Shown in pieces: positions 18,311-28,196 of a DNA stretch of 64,000 nt. The stretch's first letter is position 1; every line of letters starts with the position of its first letter. Under the pieces are notes generated by a model, which ran no database searches, was not told where the DNA came from, and saw only the letters and a list, made by a program, of their open reading frames with translations. The position numbers were made by a program, and so were the translations under genes. Where the stretch lies: positions 77,449-141,448 of the forward strand of contig JACZTG010000002.1 of the NCBI GenBank assembly GCA_022573815.1, read 5' to 3'. This DNA comes from Fidelibacterota bacterium (GTDB lineage: Bacteria > Fidelibacterota > SORT01).

Positions 18311-20428
18311 TTGAAAAAACATAACAAACTTGACGGAATATTCCGACCTGAATCCGTGGCGGTAATCGGAGCTTCAAGTAAGAGGCATTCATTGGGTTGG
18401 GAAATATTGAATAATCTGATTTTGTCAGAGTTCAAAGGTAAGGTTTTTCCGATAAATCCTCACGCCGATCAAATTCATAGCATTAAATCGTATAAGTCAA
18501 TACTTGCAGTCAAAGATGCAATTGATCTTGCCGTTATTTCAATTCCGGCGAGCTCCGTATTAAAAGTTGTGAGGGAATGCGGTAAAAAAGGCGTTAAAGG
18601 TTTAGTGGTTATCACAGCCGGATTCAAAGAAATTGGCGGCGAAGGAGTCAAACTTGAAGCCGAGCTGATGAAAATTATTAAAAGATATGGGATGAGAATG
18701 GTTGGTCCCAACTGTATGGGCATTATAAATACCGATGAGGATGTAAGCCTAAATGCAAGTTTTGCGCGGGGGAGACCCGAAGCCGGAAAAATCGGGTTTC
18801 TTTCACAGTCAGGCGCTTTAGGAGAGTCGATTTTAAGCCACGCGAAAAACCTCGGAATTGGCATTTCTAAGTTTGTGAGCATGGGGAATAAATCGGATAT
18901 ATCCGGTAATGACCTTCTTGAGGAGTGGGAACACGATAAAAATGTTGAGTTGATACTTATGTATTTAGAGAGTTTTGGAAACCCCAGAAAATTCACTCCC
19001 ATTGCAAAGCGGATAAGCAAAAATATACCGATAATCGCTGTGAAGGCCGGAAGAACAGTTGCGGGAGCCAGGGCTACCATATCTCACACAGGCGCATTAG
19101 CAGGAATGGATGTGGCGACAGGAGCGTTATTCGCACAGTGCGGCGTAATAAGGGTCACGTCAATTGAAGAGATGTTCGACGTATCTAAAGCGTTTCTCTC
19201 TCAACCGGTTCCGCTAAACGATAAAGTAGCTATCCTTAGTAATGCAGGCGGTCCGGCTATAATGGCTACCGATGCGTGCGTTCGACTTGGATTAGATGTA
19301 GTGGAACTTTCGAAAGAGATTCAATCAAAACTCAGAAAAGTTCTGCCAAGGGAAGCGGCGGTTTCAAATCCGATTGACATAATAGCTACGGGCGGACCGG
19401 AGCGATATAAGGCCGCGCTGGATATTCTAATAAAGGAAAAGGATATCGGGTCTATAATCTGTGTATTCATTCCTCCCATAACCGTTGATGCGCCCGGTGT
19501 GGCAAGAGTTATAGTCGGCGCCAATAAAAAGACGAAAAAGACTATCCTGTCCGTATTCATGTCGAAAAATGAGCAGGAAGAGGGAGTGCAAATATTAAAG
19601 AAGGGAGGAGTTCCGGTTTACCTTTTCCCTGAATCAGCTGCGAAAGCCTTATCTGCAATGGTGCGGAGAAGACTCTGGCTCGATAAACCAAAAGGGACTA
19701 TAAAACGGTTTAAGCCGAAGAGAGAAGAAGTCCGAAAAATATTCAGGAGCGTGAGAAAAAATAAGAGATTGTCATTGACAGCGTCAGAATCATTTAGTGT
19801 ACTTCAATGCTATGGAATAAAGTCGGTGAAATCGCTCACAGCGAAGAACGTTCTGGACGCAGTTGAAAACGCAGGAAAAATCGGATACCCGGTAGCTATG
19901 AAAATTGACAGCCTGAAGGCAAGTCACAAATCGGATGTAGGGGGAGTGATGCTTGACCTTAGAACTCCGGAAGACGCGAAAAAAGCATTTAAAAAAATAG
20001 GCGAAAACGCTAAGAAAGCCGGCATCGCAAAATCGGATTACGAAGTATTGATACAGGAATTCAGAAGTGGCGGAGTGGAGACAATACTCGGGGTTCAACA
20101 GAATCCGAGTTTCGGTCCGCTGCTGATGTTTGGACTCGGCGGAATTCATGTGGAAATTCTAAAAGACGTTTCATTTGGAATTACTCCTCTCTCAAATATT
20201 GATGCAAAGGAAATGGTACAATCCATAAAGGGCTATCAATTGTTGAAAGGAACGAGAGGTCAGGATGCGGTAAACGAAGATGCTATAGAGGATGCGATAC
20301 AGCGGCTTTCAAGATTGGTAACAGATTTTGAGGATATCGCCGAGTTGGACATCAACCCATTTCTCGTTCAGCCAAAGTCGGTACAATCAATGGCTCTTGA
20401 CGCACGGATTGTCTTAACAAAAAAATAA
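18311..20428 (+). CDS. acetate--CoA ligase (ADP-forming), fused alpha-beta (NDP-forming acyl-CoA synthetase)
   Basis: N-terminal CoA-binding/succinyl-CoA-ligase-alpha-like region (VAVIGAS...GKVFPINP; phosphohistidine-loop region SHTGALAG). C-terminal ATP-grasp. TTG start. Confidence 0.75.
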   Translation: MKKHNKLDGIFRPESVAVIGASSKRHSLGWEILNNLILSEFKGKVFPINPHADQIHSIKSYKSILAVKDAIDLAVISIPASSVLKVVRECGKKGVKGLVVITAGFKEIGGEGVKLEAELMKIIKRYGMRMVGPNCMGIINTDEDVSLNASFARGRPEAGKIGFLSQSGALGESILSHAKNLGIGISKFVSMGNKSDISGNDLLEEWEHDKNVELILMYLESFGNPRKFTPIAKRISKNIPIIAVKAGRTVAGARATISHTGALAGMDVATGALFAQCGVIRVTSIEEMFDVSKAFLSQPVPLNDKVAILSNAGGPAIMATDACVRLGLDVVELSKEIQSKLRKVLPREAAVSNPIDIIATGGPERYKAALDILIKEKDIGSIICVFIPPITVDAPGVARVIVGANKKTKKTILSVFMSKNEQEEGVQILKKGGVPVYLFPESAAKALSAMVRRRLWLDKPKGTIKRFKPKREEVRKIFRSVRKNKRLSLTASESFSVLQCYGIKSVKSLTAKNVLDAVENAGKIGYPVAMKIDSLKASHKSDVGGVMLDLRTPEDAKKAFKKIGENAKKAGIAKSDYEVLIQEFRSGGVETILGVQQNPSFGPLLMFGLGGIHVEILKDVSFGITPLSNIDAKEMVQSIKGYQLLKGTRGQDAVNEDAIEDAIQRLSRLVTDFEDIAELDINPFLVQPKSVQSMALDARIVLTKK

Positions 20429-20429
20429 T

Positions 20430-20690
20430 ATGCCTCCCCGGAAGTTTCCCATTAAACTTAATAAATTTCGGTTCGGAGCAGCATTCATTCTTTCAATAAT
20501 CTCCTATAACATTGTTGACAGGCTCTCATTGTGGGTCACTGATTATGATCTATGGAAATGGATAAAACTAAATGGATTGCAGGATCAATCTGTTTTTATT
20601 CTCGTATTAGCGTGGATAGGATCGCTGATATTGCCTATGTTATTCTGGTATAAAATCGCCGGTCTATTTATGAAAAATAAAAGCGGCTAA
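20430..20690 (+). CDS. small hypothetical 2-TM membrane protein
   Basis: ORF starts 1 nt after the acs-like stop. It has two hydrophobic helices and no recognisable family. Confidence 0.3.
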   Translation: MPPRKFPIKLNKFRFGAAFILSIISYNIVDRLSLWVTDYDLWKWIKLNGLQDQSVFILVLAWIGSLILPMLFWYKIAGLFMKNKSG

Positions 20691-22016
20691 TTAAGTTGAA
20701 AGTTTTTCGGTTAAATAAGAAGTGGCGCTGTCAGCAGCTATCCGCTCTTGCTCCATAGAATCCCTGTCGCGGATAGTGACGGTTCCGTCTTCCATCGATT
20801 GTGAATCAACTGTGATTCCGAACGGAGTTCCCGCTTCATCCATTCGGCGGTATCGCCTTCCGATTGCTCCTTTTGAATCATAAAAAGTTGCGAAATGTTT
20901 ACTCAGTTCGTCTTTGAGTTTTTCGGCAAACTCCGGCATACCATCTTTTTTGATAAGCGGAAACACACCGACTTTGATCGGGGAAAGCTTAGGATTGAGT
21001 TTTAAAACCACCCTTTTTTCACCCTTCACTTCTTCTTCTGTATAAGCGTCAAGGAGACAGACTAACAGGGTGCGGTCAACACCGGCGGAAGTCTCTATGA
21101 CATAAGGAGTATATCTTTCACCGGTCGGTTCATCGAAGTAATCGAGTTTTTTGCCGGAATATTCCGTGTGCCGTTTCAGGTCAAAATCCGTTCTGTTATG
21201 AATTCCTTCCAACTCTTTCCAGCCAAAAGGAAATTCATATTCTATGTCAAACGCCTTCTTAGCGTAGTGAGCCAGCTCGTCAGGACTATGTTCATGCAGG
21301 CGGAGTTTATAACTACTGATTCCTAAGCCGTCATACCACTTCAGACGAATGTCTATCCATTGTTCGAAATATTTTTCATCGTCGCCCGGTTTGACGAAAT
21401 ACTGCATTTCCATCTGCTCGAATTCTCTTGTGCGAAATATGAAATTACCGGGCGTTATTTCATTTCTGAATGCTTTCCCAATTTGAGCTATGCCGAACGG
21501 AATCTTTTGTCGGCTTGTCCCTAAGACGTTCTGAAAATTTACATAAACCCCCTGTGCCGTTTCCGGTCTCAAATATGCTATAGTAGCATCCTCTTCAACG
21601 GGGCCGACATGGGTTTTAAACATAAGGTTGAATTTTCGCGCTTCTGTGAGAGATTCTTTGGTCCCGCATTTCGGACATTGCCCGGAATCAAGATTCTTTT
21701 GAGGTATTTCATCTTCTTTAAAACGGGATTTGCACTGCCTGCAATCCACCATAGGATCTGTAAACCCCTCAACATGTCCTGACGCTTCCCAGACTTTCGG
21801 ATGCATCAATATGGAAGAATCGATACCCACGATATCATCACGATAGGTCATTGACTTCCACCAAAAATTCTTAATGTTTAATTTAAGTTCGACACCGAGC
21901 GGGCCATAATCATAGGTGGAACCTACGCCGCCATAAATTTCTGATCCGGGAAAAATAAACCCTCTTTGCTTGGCGAGGGATACTATCTTGTCGATAAGGG
22001 AAATTTCTTTAGCCAT
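20691..22016 (-). CDS. glyQS: glycine--tRNA ligase (alpha2, eukaryote/archaeal-like type)
   Basis: MAKEISLIDKIVSLAKQRGFIFPGSEIYGGVGSTYDYGPLGVELK is the class II GlyRS N-terminus, followed by the catalytic core and an anticodon-binding domain. Confidence 0.9.
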   Translation of the reverse strand: MAKEISLIDKIVSLAKQRGFIFPGSEIYGGVGSTYDYGPLGVELKLNIKNFWWKSMTYRDDIVGIDSSILMHPKVWEASGHVEGFTDPMVDCRQCKSRFKEDEIPQKNLDSGQCPKCGTKESLTEARKFNLMFKTHVGPVEEDATIAYLRPETAQGVYVNFQNVLGTSRQKIPFGIAQIGKAFRNEITPGNFIFRTREFEQMEMQYFVKPGDDEKYFEQWIDIRLKWYDGLGISSYKLRLHEHSPDELAHYAKKAFDIEYEFPFGWKELEGIHNRTDFDLKRHTEYSGKKLDYFDEPTGERYTPYVIETSAGVDRTLLVCLLDAYTEEEVKGEKRVVLKLNPKLSPIKVGVFPLIKKDGMPEFAEKLKDELSKHFATFYDSKGAIGRRYRRMDEAGTPFGITVDSQSMEDGTVTIRDRDSMEQERIAADSATSYLTEKLST

Positions 22017-24245
22017 CTAATCTTCCTCGACAGCGGCCTCTGATTCCTTAACCTCGGCTTTACAGTTCGTGCATTGCAGAACAGATTCACCGTCTTTGCC
22101 ACCCTTTACGACCATAAAAGAATACTCGCATTCAGGGCATGTAACCGCTTTAGGTCTTTGCCAAATCGCAAAATCACAATCAGGGTAATTTGAACAGCCG
22201 TAAAATGTCCTTCCCCGTTTTGTTCTGCGGGCTACGAGATCGCCTCCGTCATTCGGGCACTGAACGCCGATTGGAATAGATTTCGTATTTTTACAATCGG
22301 GGTAGTTTGAGCAGGCTAAAAACTCGCCGTTTCTGCCTCTTTTCACAATCATATCTCCGCCGCATTTATCACATTTTTCGTCTGTGAGATGTTGGTGAGC
22401 TTCTTCGTCAGATTTAAGAGGTTTGGCGCTTTTACATTCAGGCCAGCCGGTACAGGATAAAAACTTTCCGAATCTACCCCATTTAACAATCATAGGCTTG
22501 CCGCATTCTTCGCAAATTTCGTCCGATTCCTCTTGCAGTGATTCCTTTATTTCTTTTGATTTTTCCGTTACCTCGTTCAGAGTCTTCTCGAAAGGAGTGT
22601 AAAAATCCGAGAGGGCGTCTTTCCAATTTTGGTTACCTGATTCTATCTGATCGAGTTCATCTTCCATCCGAGCGGTAAATTCAACGCTGAAAATATTCGG
22701 AAAGCTTAAAACAAGAATTTTGTTCACTGTCATACCAAGTTCTGACGGAACCATTCTTCCTTCGTCTTTCTTCACATATTCCCGATTATATAAGGTAGAA
22801 ATAATTTGAGAATATGTACTTGGTCTGCCGATTCCATTTTCGTCGAGTTCCTGAATCAACCGACTCTCCGAGAATCGAGCCGGCGGTTTGGTGAAATGCT
22901 GTTCCGGCGTTATTTCAAGTAAATTAAGCAGTTCATCAACCTCAATTTTTGAAGGAATGAAAGTATCTTTCTCGCTTTTTGCGTCAGGATAAAAACGTTG
23001 ATAACCGTCAAAAGTTCTGATACTGCCAACAGTTCTAAAGAGATATTTATCTCCTGCGGAAATATCTATAGATGTCTGTTTGAAAAGCGCCTGATTTGTT
23101 TGAGAGGCTACGAATCTTCGCCAAATCAGGTCGTAAAGTTTAAACTGATCGTCCGACAGGCTATGTTTGATGGAATCAGGCGTGAGCTGAACATCAGTAG
23201 GTCGGATAGCCTCATGAGCGTCCTGAGCGCCTTTCTTCTTTTTAAAGAATCTTGGTTTTTCGGGAACGTATTCGTTTCCGGCGGTTGTATTGATAAATCC
23301 TCGAACTGCATCCAATGCTTCATCGGCTATTCTCGTGGAATCAGTTCTCATATAAGTAATCAACCCGACCAATTCACCACTGTCAATCTGAATTCCCTCA
23401 TAAAGCTGTTGCGCTATCCTCATAGTGTTTCTCGGAGAAAGACGCTGTCTGCGGGCGGCCGCTTGTTGCAGAGTGCTCGTAGTAAACGGGGGAGCGGGAT
23501 TTCTCTTCATATCTTTTTGATTTATGTTAGTGACAATAAAATCTGAACTCTTAAGGTCATTGAGAATTGCGGCGGATGACTTTTCGTTATTTATTTCGGG
23601 ATCGGAGCCTTCAATTTTAAATAGATTAGCAGCGAAGGTTTCATCCATTTTGTCTTTAAGCGAGGCGGAAATAGTCCAATATTCCATCGGAACGAATTTA
23701 GTGATTTCGTCTTCCCGTTCGCATATAAGCCGGAGAGCCACCGATTGTACTCTGCCGGCGGAAAGACCGTAGGTAAGAGTTTTCCAAAGAAACGGACTAA
23801 CCTTATAACCTACAAGCCTATCCATAATTCTTCGTGCCTGTTGAGAGTTGATCTTATCAAAATCTAAATCTCTTGGAGATTCAAGTCCCTTCTTTATGCC
23901 GGATTTAGTAATCTCGTTAAATAAGACACGCCGTATATTTCCCTTACCCCCGATAATTTCACTGATATGGAACGCAATTGCTTCACCCTCTCTGTCAGGG
24001 TCAGTGGCTATCAGAATTTCATCAGAATTCTTCGCAGCGGTTTTTAATTTTTTAATTATATCGCCCTTACCGCGAATAGTGATGTACTTTGGCTCGAAGT
24101 TATTATCGAGGTCTACACCCAATTCTTTTTTGGGTAGGTCTCGTATATGTCCAACCGTTGCTTGAACAGTGAATTCCTTTCCAAGATATTTTCCAATTGT
24201 CTTCGCCTTGGATGGTGATTCGACTATAAGTAGTTTTTTTGCCAT
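22017..24245 (-). CDS. topA: DNA topoisomerase I
   Basis: TOPRIM (LLIVESPSKAKTI...ATDPDREGE). Active-site region ITYMRTDS. Multiple C-terminal C4 zinc ribbons. Confidence 0.9.
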   Translation of the reverse strand: MAKKLLIVESPSKAKTIGKYLGKEFTVQATVGHIRDLPKKELGVDLDNNFEPKYITIRGKGDIIKKLKTAAKNSDEILIATDPDREGEAIAFHISEIIGGKGNIRRVLFNEITKSGIKKGLESPRDLDFDKINSQQARRIMDRLVGYKVSPFLWKTLTYGLSAGRVQSVALRLICEREDEITKFVPMEYWTISASLKDKMDETFAANLFKIEGSDPEINNEKSSAAILNDLKSSDFIVTNINQKDMKRNPAPPFTTSTLQQAAARRQRLSPRNTMRIAQQLYEGIQIDSGELVGLITYMRTDSTRIADEALDAVRGFINTTAGNEYVPEKPRFFKKKKGAQDAHEAIRPTDVQLTPDSIKHSLSDDQFKLYDLIWRRFVASQTNQALFKQTSIDISAGDKYLFRTVGSIRTFDGYQRFYPDAKSEKDTFIPSKIEVDELLNLLEITPEQHFTKPPARFSESRLIQELDENGIGRPSTYSQIISTLYNREYVKKDEGRMVPSELGMTVNKILVLSFPNIFSVEFTARMEDELDQIESGNQNWKDALSDFYTPFEKTLNEVTEKSKEIKESLQEESDEICEECGKPMIVKWGRFGKFLSCTGWPECKSAKPLKSDEEAHQHLTDEKCDKCGGDMIVKRGRNGEFLACSNYPDCKNTKSIPIGVQCPNDGGDLVARRTKRGRTFYGCSNYPDCDFAIWQRPKAVTCPECEYSFMVVKGGKDGESVLQCTNCKAEVKESEAAVEED

Positions 24246-24345
24246 AAATTTATTTTTTCTCCACTGTCTCAGGAAAGGGAGAATATAATATAAATTATCC
24301 GTCTGTCAAGAGTCAGTATATATAAGTATAAGAAAATATCACTGA

Positions 24346-26031
24346 TTATTTATCAGCTAATAGGATATTTCCGTTTTTCAAAAGATTGTCATACCATATT
24401 TCACCACCGATTACGGTCATCAATATATTCGTTTTTAACAAGTCCAAAGGTTCATTTTTGAATATATCTTTTGAAAGAACTGTAAAGTCTGCGAGTTTAC
24501 CGACTTCAAGCGTTCCCTTCAAATCCTCTTCAAATGAAGCGAAAGCGGCCCAGGAAGAGAACATCCTTACTGCTTCCTCAATGGTCATTCGCTCCTCAGG
24601 ATACCATCCGTTCTCAGGAAAACCTTTATGGTCCTGACGGGTAACAGCTGCATATATTCCCCAAAGAGGGTTTAGAGACTCAACGGGAGAATCGGATCCA
24701 CCCGGAATAACGACCCCCGAATCAATTAGTTTTCTCCAGGCATAAGCGCCCTTAATTCGTTCGCTGCCGAGCCGGTCTTCCGCCCAATACATATCCGCAG
24801 ATTGATGTGTAGGCTGCATAGATGGTATTACTCCGAGTTTTTTAAATCTTGGGATGTCCGCTAAAGAGAGCGTTTGTGAATGCTCAATTCGATGCCGTGT
24901 ATCGTTTCCATTCGACAATTCTTCGTAAATATCGAGAGTTAATCTGTTTCCCCGATCACCGATAGCGTGAGTGCTGACCTGAAAACCGAGCTTTGCCGCT
25001 CTCTTGATTTTTGAACGCAGCTCATCTTCAGGAGTTAACAGCCACCCGGAATTGTCCGGGTCATCTGAATATGGCTCAAGCAACGCAGCCCCTCTGGAAC
25101 CGAGAGCGCCGTCAGCATAAAATTTCATTGTTCGAATATTCAAGTGATTGTTATACAGGCCGATTTGAGGGCCTGATTTGAAATATTTTTCTTTTAAGTT
25201 TTCCTCATCATCAAGCATCACATAGACCCTTGGAACAAGCCTACCTTTCTCAGCGAGCTCTTTATAAATATCCACATTATCTGAGCTGGACCCCGCATCG
25301 TGCAAAGTTGTGATGCCTAATTTGAGAGCATAAGATAAAGCATGGACTATTCTTCTCTTTTTCAAATCCTTTGAAGGAGGCGGTTTCACTTCATTCACGA
25401 GAAGCATAGCGTTATCTATAAGCACGCCGGAAGGTTCATTTGTACCGGATAGCCTGATAATTCGACCTCCTTCGGGGTCAGGAGTTTCAGCGGATATTCC
25501 GGCAATCTCAAGAGTCTTGTTATTGACCCATATTGCGTGACCATCCACTCGACCAAGAACAACAGGGTTATTGGGAGCCGCTTCGCTTAGCATTTGAGAT
25601 GTGGGAAAATTCTTTACTTCCCAATCGTTTTGATCCCAACCGCGTCCTTCGATCCAATCTCCGGGAGCTATAGAAGAAGCGGCAGACCGGATTTTGTCAG
25701 ATATTTCCTGAGCGCTTGTTGTACCCACAAGATTTAACAGTTGGAGAAATTTGCCCGTACCTTCAATATGCATATGCGCGTCAGTGAGACCGGGGACAAC
25801 GGTGTTCCCCATTAAATCAATTATCTCGGTTTTATCGTTTGAATGATTAAATAAATCTTCTTTATTTCCTATATAGATTATTATTCCATCTTTGACAGCC
25901 ATAGAATTTGCTGTTTCATTTTGAGAATTCATGGTGTAGATAACGGCATTGATAAATATTTTATCGGCGTCGTTACGAGCGCACCCAAAAGCGATTGAGC
26001 AGAAAAGAGCTAAAGAAAGAATTTTAATCAT
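24346..26031 (-). CDS. amidohydrolase-3 family metal-dependent hydrolase with signal peptide
   Basis: Signal/lipoprotein-like N-terminus. GLTDAHMHIEGTG metal-binding His pair. C-terminal Amidohydro_3-like region. Confidence 0.75.
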   Translation of the reverse strand: MIKILSLALFCSIAFGCARNDADKIFINAVIYTMNSQNETANSMAVKDGIIIYIGNKEDLFNHSNDKTEIIDLMGNTVVPGLTDAHMHIEGTGKFLQLLNLVGTTSAQEISDKIRSAASSIAPGDWIEGRGWDQNDWEVKNFPTSQMLSEAAPNNPVVLGRVDGHAIWVNNKTLEIAGISAETPDPEGGRIIRLSGTNEPSGVLIDNAMLLVNEVKPPPSKDLKKRRIVHALSYALKLGITTLHDAGSSSDNVDIYKELAEKGRLVPRVYVMLDDEENLKEKYFKSGPQIGLYNNHLNIRTMKFYADGALGSRGAALLEPYSDDPDNSGWLLTPEDELRSKIKRAAKLGFQVSTHAIGDRGNRLTLDIYEELSNGNDTRHRIEHSQTLSLADIPRFKKLGVIPSMQPTHQSADMYWAEDRLGSERIKGAYAWRKLIDSGVVIPGGSDSPVESLNPLWGIYAAVTRQDHKGFPENGWYPEERMTIEEAVRMFSSWAAFASFEEDLKGTLEVGKLADFTVLSKDIFKNEPLDLLKTNILMTVIGGEIWYDNLLKNGNILLADK

Positions 26032-26956
26032 TATGATCTCCGTTATTACTTGAAGTAAGATATATTCCTATCAGAAGAATCAGACCTCCGATTATTTCAC
26101 CTTTGACGGGAATTTCTGAAAGGAAGAAAATTCCAAGCAACGTAGCTCCGATCGGTTCTCCTAACATAAACACAGATACTGATGTTGCAGAACGCCGCTT
26201 GAGCGCCCAATTAAAGGATGTGTGCCCTATAAGTTGTGGAATAATTCCTATCATTATCAGAAGAATATACATTCGGTTTGAATATCCGGTCAACGGTTGA
26301 CTGAAAATAAACGTCAAAAGCAGAACGGCAGAAGCAGCTATAATGTAAACACTTCCCGAGTAAGCGATTGCGCTTTTATTCCGCCGGATAACCCTACCGA
26401 TAGTAAGATACACTGCCGCCATAAATCCACCCGCGACGGCAAGAAGGTTACCTACAAAAGATGATTCGCCTGAATCAATTCCGAAAAATCCTATCACAGC
26501 TGCGCCGCTTATAGCAAACAGGATGCCGATAAGCTGCTTTTGCGTTAGTGTCTCCTTAAGAAAAAAACGGGAAATCATAGCGGCCCAAATCGGTAACGTA
26601 TAAACAAGAGCAACCGAACTCGCTATGGTAGTCAGCTTAAGGGATTCAATCCAAAAGACGAAATGAAGCGCTAACGCTAATCCTGAAATTAGTATTAATT
26701 TGTTTTCCTTGGAGGCATTGAATGAAAATAGTGACTCGCCCTTTTTAAAAGTGGCTCCGGCAAGAAACACACCCGCGACAGTCAACCTGTAAGCCGCAAT
26801 GACGATAGACGGAATCTCGTCAGTCCATCTGATAAGAATCGAAGAAGATGAGATAGCTAGAAGCCCAATTCCTATAATAATATACGTGCGCAAAGTATTC
26901 CTGATTTTAATGACATAACATTTCCGAAGGTATAAAACAGTCCTTAATCGTTGCAA
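26024..26956 (-). CDS. EamA/DMT-family transporter
   Basis: 10 predicted TM helices arranged as two EamA repeats. Confidence 0.7.
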   Translation of the reverse strand: MQRLRTVLYLRKCYVIKIRNTLRTYIIIGIGLLAISSSSILIRWTDEIPSIVIAAYRLTVAGVFLAGATFKKGESLFSFNASKENKLILISGLALALHFVFWIESLKLTTIASSVALVYTLPIWAAMISRFFLKETLTQKQLIGILFAISGAAVIGFFGIDSGESSFVGNLLAVAGGFMAAVYLTIGRVIRRNKSAIAYSGSVYIIAASAVLLLTFIFSQPLTGYSNRMYILLIMIGIIPQLIGHTSFNWALKRRSATSVSVFMLGEPIGATLLGIFFLSEIPVKGEIIGGLILLIGIYLTSSNNGDHND

Positions 26957-27062
26957 GCTCTTTGGAGAGACCTTCGTAAGCGGGGATAATTTATTTTACT
27001 TAACATTTAGCGGTCACATATATATATTTTGCTAATTAATGTATTAGACAGAGGAGCGAATA

Positions 27063-27413
27063 ATGATACTACTTACTACTCCTTCCATAGAAGGGAAAAA
27101 AATAGTGAAGTATATAGGGCTTGTGACGGGTACTGCAATATTAGGCGCGAATATATTCAAAGATTTTATGGCGAGTATTCGTGATATCGTAGGAGGACGT
27201 TCCGCGGCATACGAAGAAGAACTTAATAAAGCAAAAGATATAGCGTTAACGGAAATGAAACGGCAGGCAAAGGACTTAGGCGCTAACGCTATAATAGCTG
27301 TTGACTTGGATTACGAAACCATAGGCGCAGGCGGAACCAATATGCTAATGGTGAGTACAAGCGGTACGGCAGTTGTCTATAAAGATAAGCCGATGCGCAG
27401 AAAAGTGACTTGA
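27063..27413 (+). CDS. ybjQ: YbjQ/UPF0145 family protein
   Basis: [22 protein letters not shown]...[42 protein letters not shown] is highly characteristic of UPF0145. Confidence 0.8.
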   Translation: MILLTTPSIEGKKIVKYIGLVTGTAILGANIFKDFMASIRDIVGGRSAAYEEELNKAKDIALTEMKRQAKDLGANAIIAVDLDYETIGAGGTNMLMVSTSGTAVVYKDKPMRRKVT

Positions 27414-27502
27414 AGATTCAAAAATTGATTAATTATTGACTTAAGGTTTTATTTAAGTTATTGTTTAATCTGATTAAATTAGTATAATATTTCGAGAAAC
27501 TT

Positions 27503-28174
27503 ATGAGAGGTCTTCCCGCATTATTCAGTAAATCTCCATTTGTGCCTCTTCAGGAGCACGGTGAGAGAGTAATGGATACGGTCAAGCATCTGCGTCCACT
27601 GTTCGAGGCGCTAAATGAAGGAGACGATGCAAAATTCAAAGAGCTTTGTGCTTTTATTGATGAGGCAGAACACCAGGCAGACATCGTAAAAAATAATTTT
27701 CGTGGCGAAACTCCTAAATGGCTTTTCTTGCCGGTGAACAGGAGAGATTTGCTGGAGTTGTTATCAACACAAGATTCGGTAGCCGATAAAGTTCAGGATG
27801 TTGCGGCTATTCTGGTAATGCGACCGTTGGAAATTCTTCCCGAGATGGAAGATGGATTGTTTGAGTTAATTGATAGGGTCATTGACACTTGCAATAAATC
27901 CTCAGAAATAATAAATAGACTCGACGAGCTTTTGGAAGCGTCGTTCGGGGGGCAGGAAGCTAAAAGAGTTCTGGCAATGATAACCGAACTTGGTGAATTG
28001 GAACACGATAGCGACGAGGCAGGGAAGAAATTCGCTAAAATTTTATTTGGACTCGAAAAAAAGATAGATCCTGTATCCATAATTATGTGGTCAAGAGTGC
28101 TCACTCATGTGGGGGACGTTGCAAATCATGCTGAAAATATCGGCGATCATCTAAGATTATTATTCTCCCGGTGA
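27503..28174 (+). CDS. DUF47/TIGR00153 (PhoU-like) protein partnering with the PiT transporter
   Basis: Helical PhoU-like protein (IDEAEHQADIVK...). Immediately upstream of a PiT gene, the conserved DUF47-Pit pairing. Confidence 0.7.
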   Translation: MRGLPALFSKSPFVPLQEHGERVMDTVKHLRPLFEALNEGDDAKFKELCAFIDEAEHQADIVKNNFRGETPKWLFLPVNRRDLLELLSTQDSVADKVQDVAAILVMRPLEILPEMEDGLFELIDRVIDTCNKSSEIINRLDELLEASFGGQEAKRVLAMITELGELEHDSDEAGKKFAKILFGLEKKIDPVSIIMWSRVLTHVGDVANHAENIGDHLRLLFSR

Positions 28175-28196
28175 GTATAACAAAATATAGGTTCTG

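Noticed and set aside
18475-20149. Minus-strand ORFs inside the ADP-forming ACS gene
   Set aside because: They are antisense to a conserved enzyme frame and have no RBS or start context.
22998-24165. Plus-strand ORFs (22998-23546, 23524-23772, 23848-24165) within topA
   Set aside because: They are antisense to the topoisomerase I frame.
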